Virus record (IMG/VR): IMGVR_UViG_3300020044_008512
Location: 1 to 52,020 of that record
Reading direction: 5' to 3' (one strand)
DNA from: a virus
Taxonomy: Duplodnaviria; Caudoviricetes
Length of the DNA stretch: 52,020 bases
The notes beneath the pieces were generated by a model that worked only from the letters and a program-made list of their open reading frames with translations, had not been told where the DNA came from and did not search any database. Below are positions 36,387-45,474 of this stretch, one piece after another (within the stretch, counting starts at the first letter, position 1; every line of letters starts with the position of its first letter). Position numbers and translations under genes: made by a program.

Positions 36387-36650
36387 TTATTTGCTGCGTT
36401 TTTGGTGTGTTTCTTCCCGAGCAACTTCGTTTAACGAAGATGCTATGATTGCTTCATACCGCTGAACCATCGACAAACGCCACTCGCGAGTGCCGCCTTC
36501 CAGCTGGCAAAGATAGGAATGGGATATCCGCATCAGTTTCGCCATGTCGCGCAAACTGATGTTGGCATCCATTCTCATCTTCTTGAACCCAAGACCGATG
36601 GTAGACGCCGTCTGGCGCTCACCAGTCCCGAGACAATATTGGCATTTCAT
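36387..36650 (-). CDS. XRE-family HTH regulator with N-terminal CxxC
   Basis: RMDANISLRDMAKLMRISHSYLCQLEGG; start MKCQYC at 36650. Confidence 0.8.
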   Translation of the reverse strand: MKCQYCLGTGERQTASTIGLGFKKMRMDANISLRDMAKLMRISHSYLCQLEGGTREWRLSMVQRYEAIIASSLNEVAREETHQKRSK

Positions 36651-36737
36651 AATAGTACCGACGCACCAATAATAACGCTTGGTAACAATTTTGCAAATAA
36701 AACTTGCGGAAAAATTTTGCAGTGGTAATTTACGTCC
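36651..36737. promoter_or_regulatory. Divergent promoter region separating the two transcription arms
   Basis: + strand TTGCGG-N16-TAATTT with extended TG; - strand TTGCAA-N16-TATTAT; direct repeat AATTTTGCA. Confidence 0.5.
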
Positions 36738-37229
36738 ATGGCTAAGCTGAAAGACCGCCAAAGACAAATACCGAACGGACTGAAGTTTCATTTACCTGAA
36801 GTGAAATATAAGTCGAGCCCGTTTGCTTCTTTTGATTCCATCTGCAATTCAGTCCACACAATCGTCCAGGCTAATCTCGAATTGGCAATCGCCAAAGGTT
36901 GGCCGACTGACATGCCTGCGATTCGTGATTGGGTTGATACCTACAACGCCAACCTGTGCGAGATGAACAAGTGGACGGACTATTACGACCCGACTCCAGG
37001 TTCGACTCCAGATTTTTCCCACGTCCCGCACAACGAGTGGCCGCTTTGGGCAAAGGCTCTCAAGCTTTTGAGCAACGACAAAGACGGCGGAGTCGGCGAC
37101 ACGCTCGCTCGCGTGATTGGCGATGAGACAAGTGAAGCTTTTAAGAATTGGTACAAGGCGACGTTTGGAAAAGTTTGCGGATGCAACGGACGCCGCATTG
37201 AATGGAATCATAAATATTCCTACAAATGA
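36738..37229 (+). CDS. Hypothetical protein with GVGD...CGC..R motif
   Basis: 163 aa; first gene of the + arm. Confidence 0.7.
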   Translation: MAKLKDRQRQIPNGLKFHLPEVKYKSSPFASFDSICNSVHTIVQANLELAIAKGWPTDMPAIRDWVDTYNANLCEMNKWTDYYDPTPGSTPDFSHVPHNEWPLWAKALKLLSNDKDGGVGDTLARVIGDETSEAFKNWYKATFGKVCGCNGRRIEWNHKYSYK

Positions 37230-37354
37230 TTTACCCCATGGTGCAGCGGAGTATTGTTCTGGGTGAGTCAGGCATCCATAGGTTTGATGTGTGTGACGCG
37301 GACCGTGTTGCACAGGGGTAAGTACCGCTAATCAAATCAACCTGACATAATCTT

Positions 37355-37600
37355 ATGGAAAAAAATAAAGTAGTAGAGCAGATGCTTAAGTTCAGAACCG
37401 CAGACTATGACGTACGCGTGTGGCGCGATTGCACTACGACGTACCATGAGTCTTTTGACATTGACGAAGTCATACTCAAGTATGGCGCTGTTGGAAAATT
37501 TGAGCTTGGAGAACAGATTTCAAAACTGCCAGCAGTTGCAGCCGTTGAAGTTCTTGATAGAAACGGAAACGGATTTGTGGTCTACCCAGACTGGAAATGA
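37355..37600 (+). CDS. Hypothetical protein
   Basis: 81 aa ORF on the arm strand. Confidence 0.6.
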   Translation: MEKNKVVEQMLKFRTADYDVRVWRDCTTTYHESFDIDEVILKYGAVGKFELGEQISKLPAVAAVEVLDRNGNGFVVYPDWK

Positions 37601-37769
37601 TTAAAAATTTTATGACAATGGCGGAGTCAATCTTAATGATTGTCACGTTAGCGCTGGCGTGGGGAATAGCAAACTTAATTGACCTGCTTTACAGGGCTGT
37701 TGGAAAAAGATACATAAAAGAAGAAGACAAAATGTTTCCCAATTATCCATTTCACGAATAACTTTACAA

Positions 37770-37979
37770 ATGATTTTTTTAAACGCGGCAAGTGAATTGT
37801 TTGACGCTATTGTTATGGTTGCATTGTTTGTAGCTCTTGTGTGCGTTTGGTTCATTGCTTCGATTGTTGTTCTTATTTGCCTGCCTTGGAAATTTGCCAG
37901 CCTGTCATGGAAAGCCGAAAGGTCTACTAACTACGCCCCATCGGATGATGGAAGCGGAAGCCTTAACGGACGAAGATAG
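37770..37979 (+). CDS. Small membrane protein
   Basis: Long hydrophobic segment. Confidence 0.4.
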   Translation: MIFLNAASELFDAIVMVALFVALVCVWFIASIVVLICLPWKFASLSWKAERSTNYAPSDDGSGSLNGRR

Positions 37980-37996
37980 GCTGGCGCCTCTTTAAT

Positions 37997-38749
37997 ATGT
38001 CTCGCGTAAAAGTATTTTGCTTTTTTTATAATGAATCATTTTTGATTCCTTTTTTCTTGAGGCATTATCAATACGCCGACATTCATGCTTTTGTAAGCAA
38101 ATCAATAGATTCAACAGTTGAAATGCTTCAAGCCGCTCCCAATGTCATTGTTGAAAACGTTGAATTTCCTCAAGGGCTTGACGACGAAATAAAAACAAAC
38201 ACGCTTAACAACGCGTTAAACAAACACGACAGCAAACACGATTGGCACATATGCGTTGACTCGGATGAATTTATTTGGCCTCAAGGAATGAACCCGCTTT
38301 TGTTTCCAGACAAGACTCCCGAATTTCTTGATTCAATTTCTTCAAAAGATAATTGCGTCATGGCAAGAATGTGGAACGTTTACAGGAACAAAGAAGATTC
38401 AGACTTAAATCCGCTTTTTCCAGTTTCATCTCAAAGAAGGCATGGCGTTCCTGAATTTCATATTTGGTACGAAAAAAAGATAATCTTTCGTTCAAACCTC
38501 GGGATAAATTTAAGTCTTGGGAACCACAGCACTTCTGGTGGTGTGAGCGTTTCGCCAATCGAATTCAGGGGAGCTCATTGGCAAAATGCAGACCCATCTT
38601 TTTGCGTCATGCGAAGAGTGAGGGACCGCTCAAACCATATAAGTTTAAACAACAAGTCAAAGGGCTACGGCGTCCAGCACTTTGACTTGTCAGAAGAAAA
38701 AATAATGCAAGAGTGTCGAAACCACGAAAACGACCCAATTGTGTTTTAG
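37997..38749 (+). CDS. GT-A glycosyltransferase (family 2-like)
   Basis: YNESFLIPFFLRHY, DSTVE, DxD motif VDSDEF. Confidence 0.8.
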   Translation: MSRVKVFCFFYNESFLIPFFLRHYQYADIHAFVSKSIDSTVEMLQAAPNVIVENVEFPQGLDDEIKTNTLNNALNKHDSKHDWHICVDSDEFIWPQGMNPLLFPDKTPEFLDSISSKDNCVMARMWNVYRNKEDSDLNPLFPVSSQRRHGVPEFHIWYEKKIIFRSNLGINLSLGNHSTSGGVSVSPIEFRGAHWQNADPSFCVMRRVRDRSNHISLNNKSKGYGVQHFDLSEEKIMQECRNHENDPIVF

Positions 38750-38753
38750 CCAA

Positions 38754-39380
38754 ATGAAAATAAAAAGCGTATTTGAAATTGCAAAATCTAATTCAGAACT
38801 GAACGTTCCAGATTCAATAGATTTGCAAGGATGGAACAGCGATAGCGAAATCTTTTACAATCTTGTAAATGAGATAAAACCAAACACGATTGTGGAAGTT
38901 GGGACATGGAAAGGCAGAAGCGCTGCTCGATGGCTTGAGGCGACAGCAAGTGCTGGTTTAGAAACTAAATTGTATTGCGTTGATTCTTGGCTTGGTGGAA
39001 TAGACCATTACATAGCTGAAACAAACAGGCTTTTAGATTCCGCTGGCTCTCCAAGAATCTATCATCAATTCATTAAAAACTTTATTGATTCAAAACATTC
39101 GAACCGCATTTACCCAATTCAGCAAACAAGCGTAAACGGGGCTCGCATATTGTCTCATTACAAAATCAAAGCTGACATCATTTACATAGATGCCGGACAT
39201 GAATACGAAGACGTTATTGACGATTTGAAATATTATTGGCCGGTTCTTGAAAAGAATGGAAAAATGTTCGGCGATGATTTTTATAATTTTTCAGGTGTTT
39301 CAAAAGCCGTTGAAGAATTTTCAAAATTAAACAACTTGTCGTTTGACGTTGTTGAAAACAATTTTTGGATTTTAAAATGA
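38754..39380 (+). CDS. Class I SAM-dependent methyltransferase (Methyltransf_24-like)
   Basis: VEVGTWKGRS, VDSW, IYIDAGHEY, GDD. Confidence 0.88.
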   Translation: MKIKSVFEIAKSNSELNVPDSIDLQGWNSDSEIFYNLVNEIKPNTIVEVGTWKGRSAARWLEATASAGLETKLYCVDSWLGGIDHYIAETNRLLDSAGSPRIYHQFIKNFIDSKHSNRIYPIQQTSVNGARILSHYKIKADIIYIDAGHEYEDVIDDLKYYWPVLEKNGKMFGDDFYNFSGVSKAVEEFSKLNNLSFDVVENNFWILK

Positions 39381-40237
39381 AATGTTACGTCCATCTTGGA
39401 AAACATGGAGACTTGATGATTCTGATGCCAGGTTGGCTTAAAGAATTTCAGAAAACTGGAGAGCGCCCAATCGTAATGGTAAGCAGGGAGTTTGCTTCAA
39501 CTCTTGATGGAATATCCTACGTCAAAAAATGGGTTGTTGATTTGCACTGGTATGGCGATTGCGGAGAAGCAAGGAAATGGGCCGAAAAAGAATTCGGAAA
39601 AGAAAACGTCATCTTTCCAAAATGGTGGGATGACCCTACGTTTACTCCGCCAGAAATCAGGCACGATGCCGTAAGCTTAATCATTCACGGAAAAAGGATG
39701 ATGATAGAAAAAGACGAATGGTTTTCCTACATGGCAAGTTCGTGGAAATACGCTGGTTTTCCGCTGTCAGAAATGCTTGAGCCAGTTGTGTTCGATAGGC
39801 GCAGGCCTGGAGTCGAGCTTGCGCTCAGGAAATTGTATTTCAAAACCAAGAAGCCAAAACTTTTTGTGTGTTTGAATACTGGAGGCTCAAGCCCATTTGG
39901 ATACGTTCCAGAAGTTGAGAAAGTGATTTATTCATTTAGAGATGAATTTGAAATCATTGACCTGATGCAAATTAGGGCTGAACACATCTTTGATTTGCTT
40001 GGTCTGTTCGACCACCCAGCCGCATGCCTTGTCACAACAGATACGGCAATCCTGCATCTTGCCGGAGCTTCCAAAGTTCCTTATCTGGCTTACATATCTA
40101 ACGGCGGCGGAGGCTCAATACCAAGGGGGAATTATGTTACTCAAATAAGATATGCAGACACAGTGACAAGGATAAACGATTTGGAAATGTTCCTTGAATC
40201 GCAGCACGCTTTGAACGCTCCAAAAATAATTGTATGA
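39377..40237 (+). CDS. GT-B glycosyltransferase (family 9-like)
   Basis: HGDLMILMP and VTTDTAILHLAGA. Confidence 0.75.
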   Translation: MKCYVHLGKHGDLMILMPGWLKEFQKTGERPIVMVSREFASTLDGISYVKKWVVDLHWYGDCGEARKWAEKEFGKENVIFPKWWDDPTFTPPEIRHDAVSLIIHGKRMMIEKDEWFSYMASSWKYAGFPLSEMLEPVVFDRRRPGVELALRKLYFKTKKPKLFVCLNTGGSSPFGYVPEVEKVIYSFRDEFEIIDLMQIRAEHIFDLLGLFDHPAACLVTTDTAILHLAGASKVPYLAYISNGGGGSIPRGNYVTQIRYADTVTRINDLEMFLESQHALNAPKIIV

Positions 40238-40845
40238 TGCGGATAAATTTCATCATTACTGCATACAACAAAGAAGAATTCCTTGAGCCGTTGCTTTCCG
40301 TGTTAAACGGATATAAGAAAATAAAAGCGTTTCATTGCATTGTTTACAATGGCAAACAAGACGATTTTCCAAGGCACATATGGATTCCAAACAGGGGCCA
40401 CCAGCAAGGCGACATGGATTTGACAAAGGCTGGATATTATGCGCTTAGAAGCAACAATGTGTATCGCTTTATCAAAACAGGAATCGACACGTTCTTGTTG
40501 GACGAAGACCACATAATCAGAATCTTTAACGAGATGGAGAAAAGCCAATGCGGATACGCTGGCAACAGGTGGGGGCACGAACAAGAAACATCATTGTCTA
40601 CCGACATTATATTTGCCGATACAAGGTTTGGTGATGTTTTTGAAGGCTTGGAAATGGAAGGCTACCCAGCTTACGAGTGGGCTATGTGGGGCCATTGCAT
40701 GAAATATAAAATTAAGGTGATGATGATTAAGGAAAGGATTCCAGTCCACGAAAACAACAGAATGGAATGCGAAGCCCTTAAATGGACAATGCACCACCAG
40801 CTTGAAAGAAACGTTGCAAATATGCAAAAATGGGGATACAAATAA
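40234..40845 (+). CDS. Putative GT-A glycosyltransferase
   Basis: FIITAYNKEEFL start; NRGH; IDTF. Confidence 0.55.
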   Translation: MMRINFIITAYNKEEFLEPLLSVLNGYKKIKAFHCIVYNGKQDDFPRHIWIPNRGHQQGDMDLTKAGYYALRSNNVYRFIKTGIDTFLLDEDHIIRIFNEMEKSQCGYAGNRWGHEQETSLSTDIIFADTRFGDVFEGLEMEGYPAYEWAMWGHCMKYKIKVMMIKERIPVHENNRMECEALKWTMHHQLERNVANMQKWGYK

Positions 40846-40851
40846 CATTAT

Positions 40852-43137
40852 ATGGAATTCGATAAATCAGATGCAGTTGATAGTGTCTGCCAGCAAATGC
40901 GCATGGCAGACTGGCCGCGCGGACAGAACCGAGCGCGCATCAACAACCTTTTCAACGGATTCCCGCCGTTCAACGAAGCCGAAGCGCAGGCCAACAACAT
41001 CAATGTTAATGTCAACTTCCTTGAGGGGACTGTTCTTTCGCATGATGCTCGCGCTCAATTTTACGGAGCTTTCTTAAAACCAGGCCAGTTCTTTACTGCC
41101 ACCACCGACATGGGCAGAAAAGACAAGCGCAGCACTTATTCATCCATTGTCACTCAGGAGATGAACAAAATTATGAAGCGCTCAATGGTTTACTTTGAGA
41201 CTTTCCGCAGCAAGTTTGCAATGGATGTGCTTCACGGAATTGGACCTTCCGCTTGGCGCAACGCTGACAAATGGTGCCCCGACGCAATCGCAATCGAAGA
41301 TGTAGGCATTCCTGGAAACACATTGTTGACCATGGAGAACATGCCGTTCTTCTATGTCTATCGAAGCTATACTGCTCCTGAGTTAATGCGCTTAACTCAG
41401 GACAGGGACAAAGCAAAAGCTGCTGGCTGGAACTTGGAGATGGTTGACCAGTGCATTGCTTTTGTTGACCGTTCCGCCGCATCGCTGATGGGCAATAACT
41501 GGCCTGAGGTGTGGTCTCCTGAAAAGACCCAGGAACGAATCAAAGGCGATGGCGGATTCTACGCTGGAGACCAAGTACCGACGATTGACTGTTTTGACTT
41601 TTACTTTTATTCGGACGAAGGCGACGAAGCTGGATGGCGCCGCCGAATCATTTTGGACGCATGGTCTAACCCGTCTTCTCCTGATGCGCGCCCTACAAGG
41701 AACAAAGACAAAGACTTTAGCCGTGGCAAATTCTTGTTCAATCCTGGCAAACGTAAATACGCAGACAAGGTTTCTGAACTGATTAGCTTTCAGTTTGCCG
41801 ACCTGTCATCTGTTGCCCCGTTCCGCTACCATTCGGTTCGCTCTCTTGGGTTCCTTGTGTACGCCGTTTGTCATTTGCAGAATCGTATTCGCTGCCGCTT
41901 CAACGAGTCTGTGTTTGAAGCTCTGATGAACTATTACCGAGTGCGTTCTTCTGATGAAGCCGAGCGCGCGCTGAAGCTTGATTTGATTAATCGCGGATTC
42001 ATTGATGAGACAATTCAGTTTGTTCCGCCCAACGAACGCTGGAACGTCAACGCCCAGTTGATTGAGCTTGGCATGAGCAACAACAAGCAAATCATTGATA
42101 GTAATTCGTCTTCTTACACGCAGCAGCAGGGCGGCTCTACTGGAGACCGCAAGACCAAGTTTCAGGTCATGGCTGAGGTCAGCCAGACCACAGCGCTCGT
42201 TCAGTCCGCGTTCAATCAAGCTTATCAATATCAAGAATCTGAATACCGCGAAATCCTCCGTCGGTTTTGCAAAGAGAATTCAACCGACCCAGACGTGCGT
42301 TCGTTCAGGGCTGCTGTCGCGCAAAAAGGAGTTCCCATGGACATCCTCAACGCTGAGAGCTGGGACATTCAGCCTACTCGCGTTATGGGCGCTGGCAATC
42401 AGACAATGGAGACTGCAATCGCTCAACAGCTTCTCCAGATGCGCAATCTTTACGACCCCGAACCGCAGCGCGAAATCCTCCGCGAAATCACGTTCAATGT
42501 CACAGGCGATGCCGACAAGGCCGCTCGCTGGGTGCCGGACGAACCTCTCAAGGTTTCCGATTCGGTTCACGATGCGCAGCTTTCGATGGGCACGCTCATG
42601 CAGGGTCTGCCTGTGGCTGTCAAGACTGGCATGAACCACAAAGAATACATCAGCGTTATGCTGCAATCTTTGGGCTCAATGATTCAGCAAACAGAACAGG
42701 GCGGAGGTATGACGACTCAAGAAAAGATTGTTGGTTTTGGAAACGTTGCTCAGCATGTCGAGCAGCACATTCAGTTGCTGTCTCAAGACCCAGAAGAAAA
42801 ACAATTTGTCACTGCTGCCAACCAGCAGCTGTCGAAGATGATGAACCTTGTCAAAGCGTTTGCGCAGCGCTTGCAGGAGCAGATGAAAAAGCAGCAGGCT
42901 CAACAGGGCGGAGACCCGCAGGCGGCTGCAAAGATTCAATCTCAAATCATACTTGCAAAAGCAAAAGCCCAGAACAGCAGGGAATCTCATTCGCAGAAGA
43001 CTGCTCAAAAACAAGTGTCATTCGACATGGAGCAGCAGCGCAAGCAGAGGGCTTTCGAATTGGAGCAGGCCTTGAAGACGCACACAACCAAACACGAAAT
43101 CAATCGGTCAAACATGAAGTCCATGAACGAGGGTTGA
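40852..43137 (+). CDS. Portal protein (podovirus-type, long helical C-terminus)
   Basis: 761 aa; Q-rich coiled-coil C-terminus; position ahead of scaffold and capsid. Confidence 0.7.
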   Translation: MEFDKSDAVDSVCQQMRMADWPRGQNRARINNLFNGFPPFNEAEAQANNINVNVNFLEGTVLSHDARAQFYGAFLKPGQFFTATTDMGRKDKRSTYSSIVTQEMNKIMKRSMVYFETFRSKFAMDVLHGIGPSAWRNADKWCPDAIAIEDVGIPGNTLLTMENMPFFYVYRSYTAPELMRLTQDRDKAKAAGWNLEMVDQCIAFVDRSAASLMGNNWPEVWSPEKTQERIKGDGGFYAGDQVPTIDCFDFYFYSDEGDEAGWRRRIILDAWSNPSSPDARPTRNKDKDFSRGKFLFNPGKRKYADKVSELISFQFADLSSVAPFRYHSVRSLGFLVYAVCHLQNRIRCRFNESVFEALMNYYRVRSSDEAERALKLDLINRGFIDETIQFVPPNERWNVNAQLIELGMSNNKQIIDSNSSSYTQQQGGSTGDRKTKFQVMAEVSQTTALVQSAFNQAYQYQESEYREILRRFCKENSTDPDVRSFRAAVAQKGVPMDILNAESWDIQPTRVMGAGNQTMETAIAQQLLQMRNLYDPEPQREILREITFNVTGDADKAARWVPDEPLKVSDSVHDAQLSMGTLMQGLPVAVKTGMNHKEYISVMLQSLGSMIQQTEQGGGMTTQEKIVGFGNVAQHVEQHIQLLSQDPEEKQFVTAANQQLSKMMNLVKAFAQRLQEQMKKQQAQQGGDPQAAAKIQSQIILAKAKAQNSRESHSQKTAQKQVSFDMEQQRKQRAFELEQALKTHTTKHEINRSNMKSMNEG

Positions 43138-43140
43138 TAG

Positions 43141-43515
43141 ATGAACATCTTCATCCAAAAAATCCCGCACGCACAGCAGCGATACCCTACTGTCGGCGAT
43201 TGGTTTTGGGACAATGGAGATTTGTTTATAACCGTGTCCAAAATGGACAATTGGAAATACGAATTTCTTGTAACGCTTCACGAACTTGCCGAAGTACATC
43301 TTTGCATTCACAGCGGAATTGACCAATCAGTTGTTGATGCGTTTGACATAAAGTTTGAAAAGAAGCGCAAAAAAGGCAACACCGACGAACCTGGAGACGA
43401 CCCCAAGTGCCCTTACAGAAACGAACACCTTATCGCCACGGGCATTGAAAAAATTGCAGCCGCATTTTTGGGCGTGTGCTGGAAAGACTACGAAGAAAAA
43501 GTGAACAGCTTATGA
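43141..43515 (+). CDS. Small zincin-like protein (HExxE)
   Basis: LVTLHELAEVHLC...PY..EH..AT..E. Confidence 0.5.
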   Translation: MNIFIQKIPHAQQRYPTVGDWFWDNGDLFITVSKMDNWKYEFLVTLHELAEVHLCIHSGIDQSVVDAFDIKFEKKRKKGNTDEPGDDPKCPYRNEHLIATGIEKIAAAFLGVCWKDYEEKVNSL

Positions 43516-44807
43516 AAGACACTAAAGACGTCATTGCTTTGGTAATCGACACGGGTGTTTTCCAGCACGTTGCTAGGCGATTGGGCAGGGAATACAGGAA
43601 AGTGTATTACTGGTCTCCGTGGGAACTTGCTTTTCCAAAACTTAAAGACGCCATCGTGTGCGACGGATACCCAGAAGTCACAAGGGTTGAGTCAATTGAA
43701 TCCGTGAAAAAGGAATGCGACCTGTTTGTATTTACTGACATCGGTTATTCTGATTTGCAGATGGAGCTTATTGAAATGGGAAAGGCTGTCTGGGGTTGCC
43801 GTAACGCAGACGAGCTTGAAGCTCGCAGGGGTAAGTTTTTGGAAGTGCTTGAAGAAAACACAAACCTTCCAGTTCCAGTATTTGACAAGATTAAAGGACT
43901 GACAAATTTAAGGCTTTTCCTCAAAGATGTTGAGGATGTGTACATCAAAGTCAGCACATACAGGGGAGACTTCGAAACCTGCCATTTCAGAAGCATGGAA
44001 GTTGATGAAACCCTTCTTGATAAATGGGGAATGATACTTGGACCGCTTCGCGAGCACATGAATTTCTTTGTGTTTTCTCCAATTGAAACCGACATAGAGG
44101 ACGGCATTGATACTTATTGCATTGATGGGCAATTTCCAGAAACAGTCATTCACGGAATGGAATGCAAAGATTGCGCTTACATTGGTGGATTCCAGCGCAT
44201 GATAGACGTGCCTGAAGAAGTCCGTTGCGTCAACGAAGCTTTCTCGCCAGTTCTCGCCGCCTACGGATATCGCTCGGCTTTCTCAACTGAGGTCCGAATC
44301 ACAAAAGGCGGCGAGAGCTTCTTCATCGACCCTACCTGCCGATTCCCGTCTCCGCCGTCTCAAGTGATGTGCGAGATGGTTGGCAACCTTGGCGAAATCA
44401 TGTGGAGGGGAGCAAACGGAATACTTGTTGAGCCGGAACAGGTGGCTAAATTTGGAGCTCAAGCAATATTCAACATCAAGCGAGACGCTTGGGCTGTATA
44501 CGAAATTCCAGAAGAATTAGACCAATGGGTAAAAATTGGGTTTTCTTGCAAAGTTGATGGCAAGGTTTGCGTTCCGCCAGACGTTCAGGGCGAGACTGAA
44601 ATAGGCTGGGTTGTCGGAATAGGCGACACCATTCAGGATGCCATAGACCATTTGCGCAAAAACAAAGACGCAATGCCACATGGCTGCGATGTAAAATTTG
44701 ACTCGCTTGCAAAACTTCTTAGCGAAATCCACTCAGCTCAAGAAAAGGGCATGGAATTCACGGACGAAGAAGTGCCAGAGCCTTCCAGCATCATAGATGA
44801 AGAATAG
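43512..44807 (+). CDS. ATP-grasp ligase, PurD/GAR-synthetase-like fold
   Basis: DLFVFTD, VWG...ELE..R, LPVP, YIKVS, IDPTCRFPSP (cf. EFNxRFGDPE). Confidence 0.65.
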   Translation: MKDTKDVIALVIDTGVFQHVARRLGREYRKVYYWSPWELAFPKLKDAIVCDGYPEVTRVESIESVKKECDLFVFTDIGYSDLQMELIEMGKAVWGCRNADELEARRGKFLEVLEENTNLPVPVFDKIKGLTNLRLFLKDVEDVYIKVSTYRGDFETCHFRSMEVDETLLDKWGMILGPLREHMNFFVFSPIETDIEDGIDTYCIDGQFPETVIHGMECKDCAYIGGFQRMIDVPEEVRCVNEAFSPVLAAYGYRSAFSTEVRITKGGESFFIDPTCRFPSPPSQVMCEMVGNLGEIMWRGANGILVEPEQVAKFGAQAIFNIKRDAWAVYEIPEELDQWVKIGFSCKVDGKVCVPPDVQGETEIGWVVGIGDTIQDAIDHLRKNKDAMPHGCDVKFDSLAKLLSEIHSAQEKGMEFTDEEVPEPSSIIDEE

Positions 44808-44822
44808 GCGGTTGCAAAACAG

Positions 44823-44851
44823 TTGACAAAACAACTGGGTTGTAATATCCT
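44823..44851 (+). promoter_or_regulatory. Sigma70-type promoter TTGACA-N17-TATCCT
   Basis: Consensus -35; ATG 6 nt after the -10. Confidence 0.6.
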
Positions 44852-44857
44852 CTAATC

Positions 44858-44974
44858 ATGAGTAATCAATCTGCTAATGGCGGCAAGGGCTATGTTCAGG
44901 CTTTTGTTGACCAGCGTCCCAAATACGACAACGCCACAAAGCCCAAACGCAAAAAGAAAAAGAATGAACGCTGA
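44858..44974 (+). CDS. 38-aa Lys-rich peptide (MSNQSANGGKGY...KPKRKKKKNER), not in the ORF track
   Basis: Starts at the predicted TSS; stop overlaps the next start. Confidence 0.45.
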   Translation: MSNQSANGGKGYVQAFVDQRPKYDNATKPKRKKKKNER

Positions 44975-45182
44975 AGCACCTCCCAATCTTCCTGTCTATG
45001 ATAGGCCAACAGAATTTGCAAAAGCTGTATTGCCAGAAGCAGTGCCTCCCGCGCCAAAGCATAGCCCTGGAATGATGAGCAAAATGATTTCCAAAATGCT
45101 GAAACCGAAAATGAAAATGCCAAAGAATCGGCTGGCTAAGGCATTTAAAATGAAGAAACCGAAGAAGCCCAAAATTGTATGA
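44964..45182 (+). CDS. Small Pro/Lys/Met-rich basic protein
   Basis: Likely start MNAEAP at 44964; KPKMKMPK...KKPKKPK tail. Confidence 0.55.
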   Translation: MNAEAPPNLPVYDRPTEFAKAVLPEAVPPAPKHSPGMMSKMISKMLKPKMKMPKNRLAKAFKMKKPKKPKIV

Positions 45183-45472
45183 ACCCTACACCGAAACAAG
45201 TATTCATGTCCAATTCGTCGGCTGTCAAAGCTCACTCTGCTTTGCTTGACAGGCCCGAATTTAAAACAAGTCTGGAGGTTGCCCTTGCTCATTACACTCG
45301 AATGATGTGCGTATTGGCTCCGATGAGCCTAGATACTCCAAATCAGCTTCAGGCGTCCGCTATGTGCTTCCAACGCATTCAGGGGGCCAATGAGCTTGTT
45401 TCAACTTTGCTTGGACTCCACGAACTGCCCCCTAAACCAGCACCGCGACAAACCGATAACCTACATCAATAA
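45179..45472 (+). CDS. Small head-module protein preceding the scaffold
   Basis: 97 aa, RIQGANELV helix; synteny. Confidence 0.55.
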   Translation: MNPTPKQVFMSNSSAVKAHSALLDRPEFKTSLEVALAHYTRMMCVLAPMSLDTPNQLQASAMCFQRIQGANELVSTLLGLHELPPKPAPRQTDNLHQ

Positions 45473-45474
45473 AT

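Noticed and set aside
36387-36791. Longer ORF-track starts for the HTH, SSB, primase, ParB-like and ATP-grasp genes
   Set aside because: The extensions overlap neighbouring genes or promoters; internal ATGs fit gene packing better
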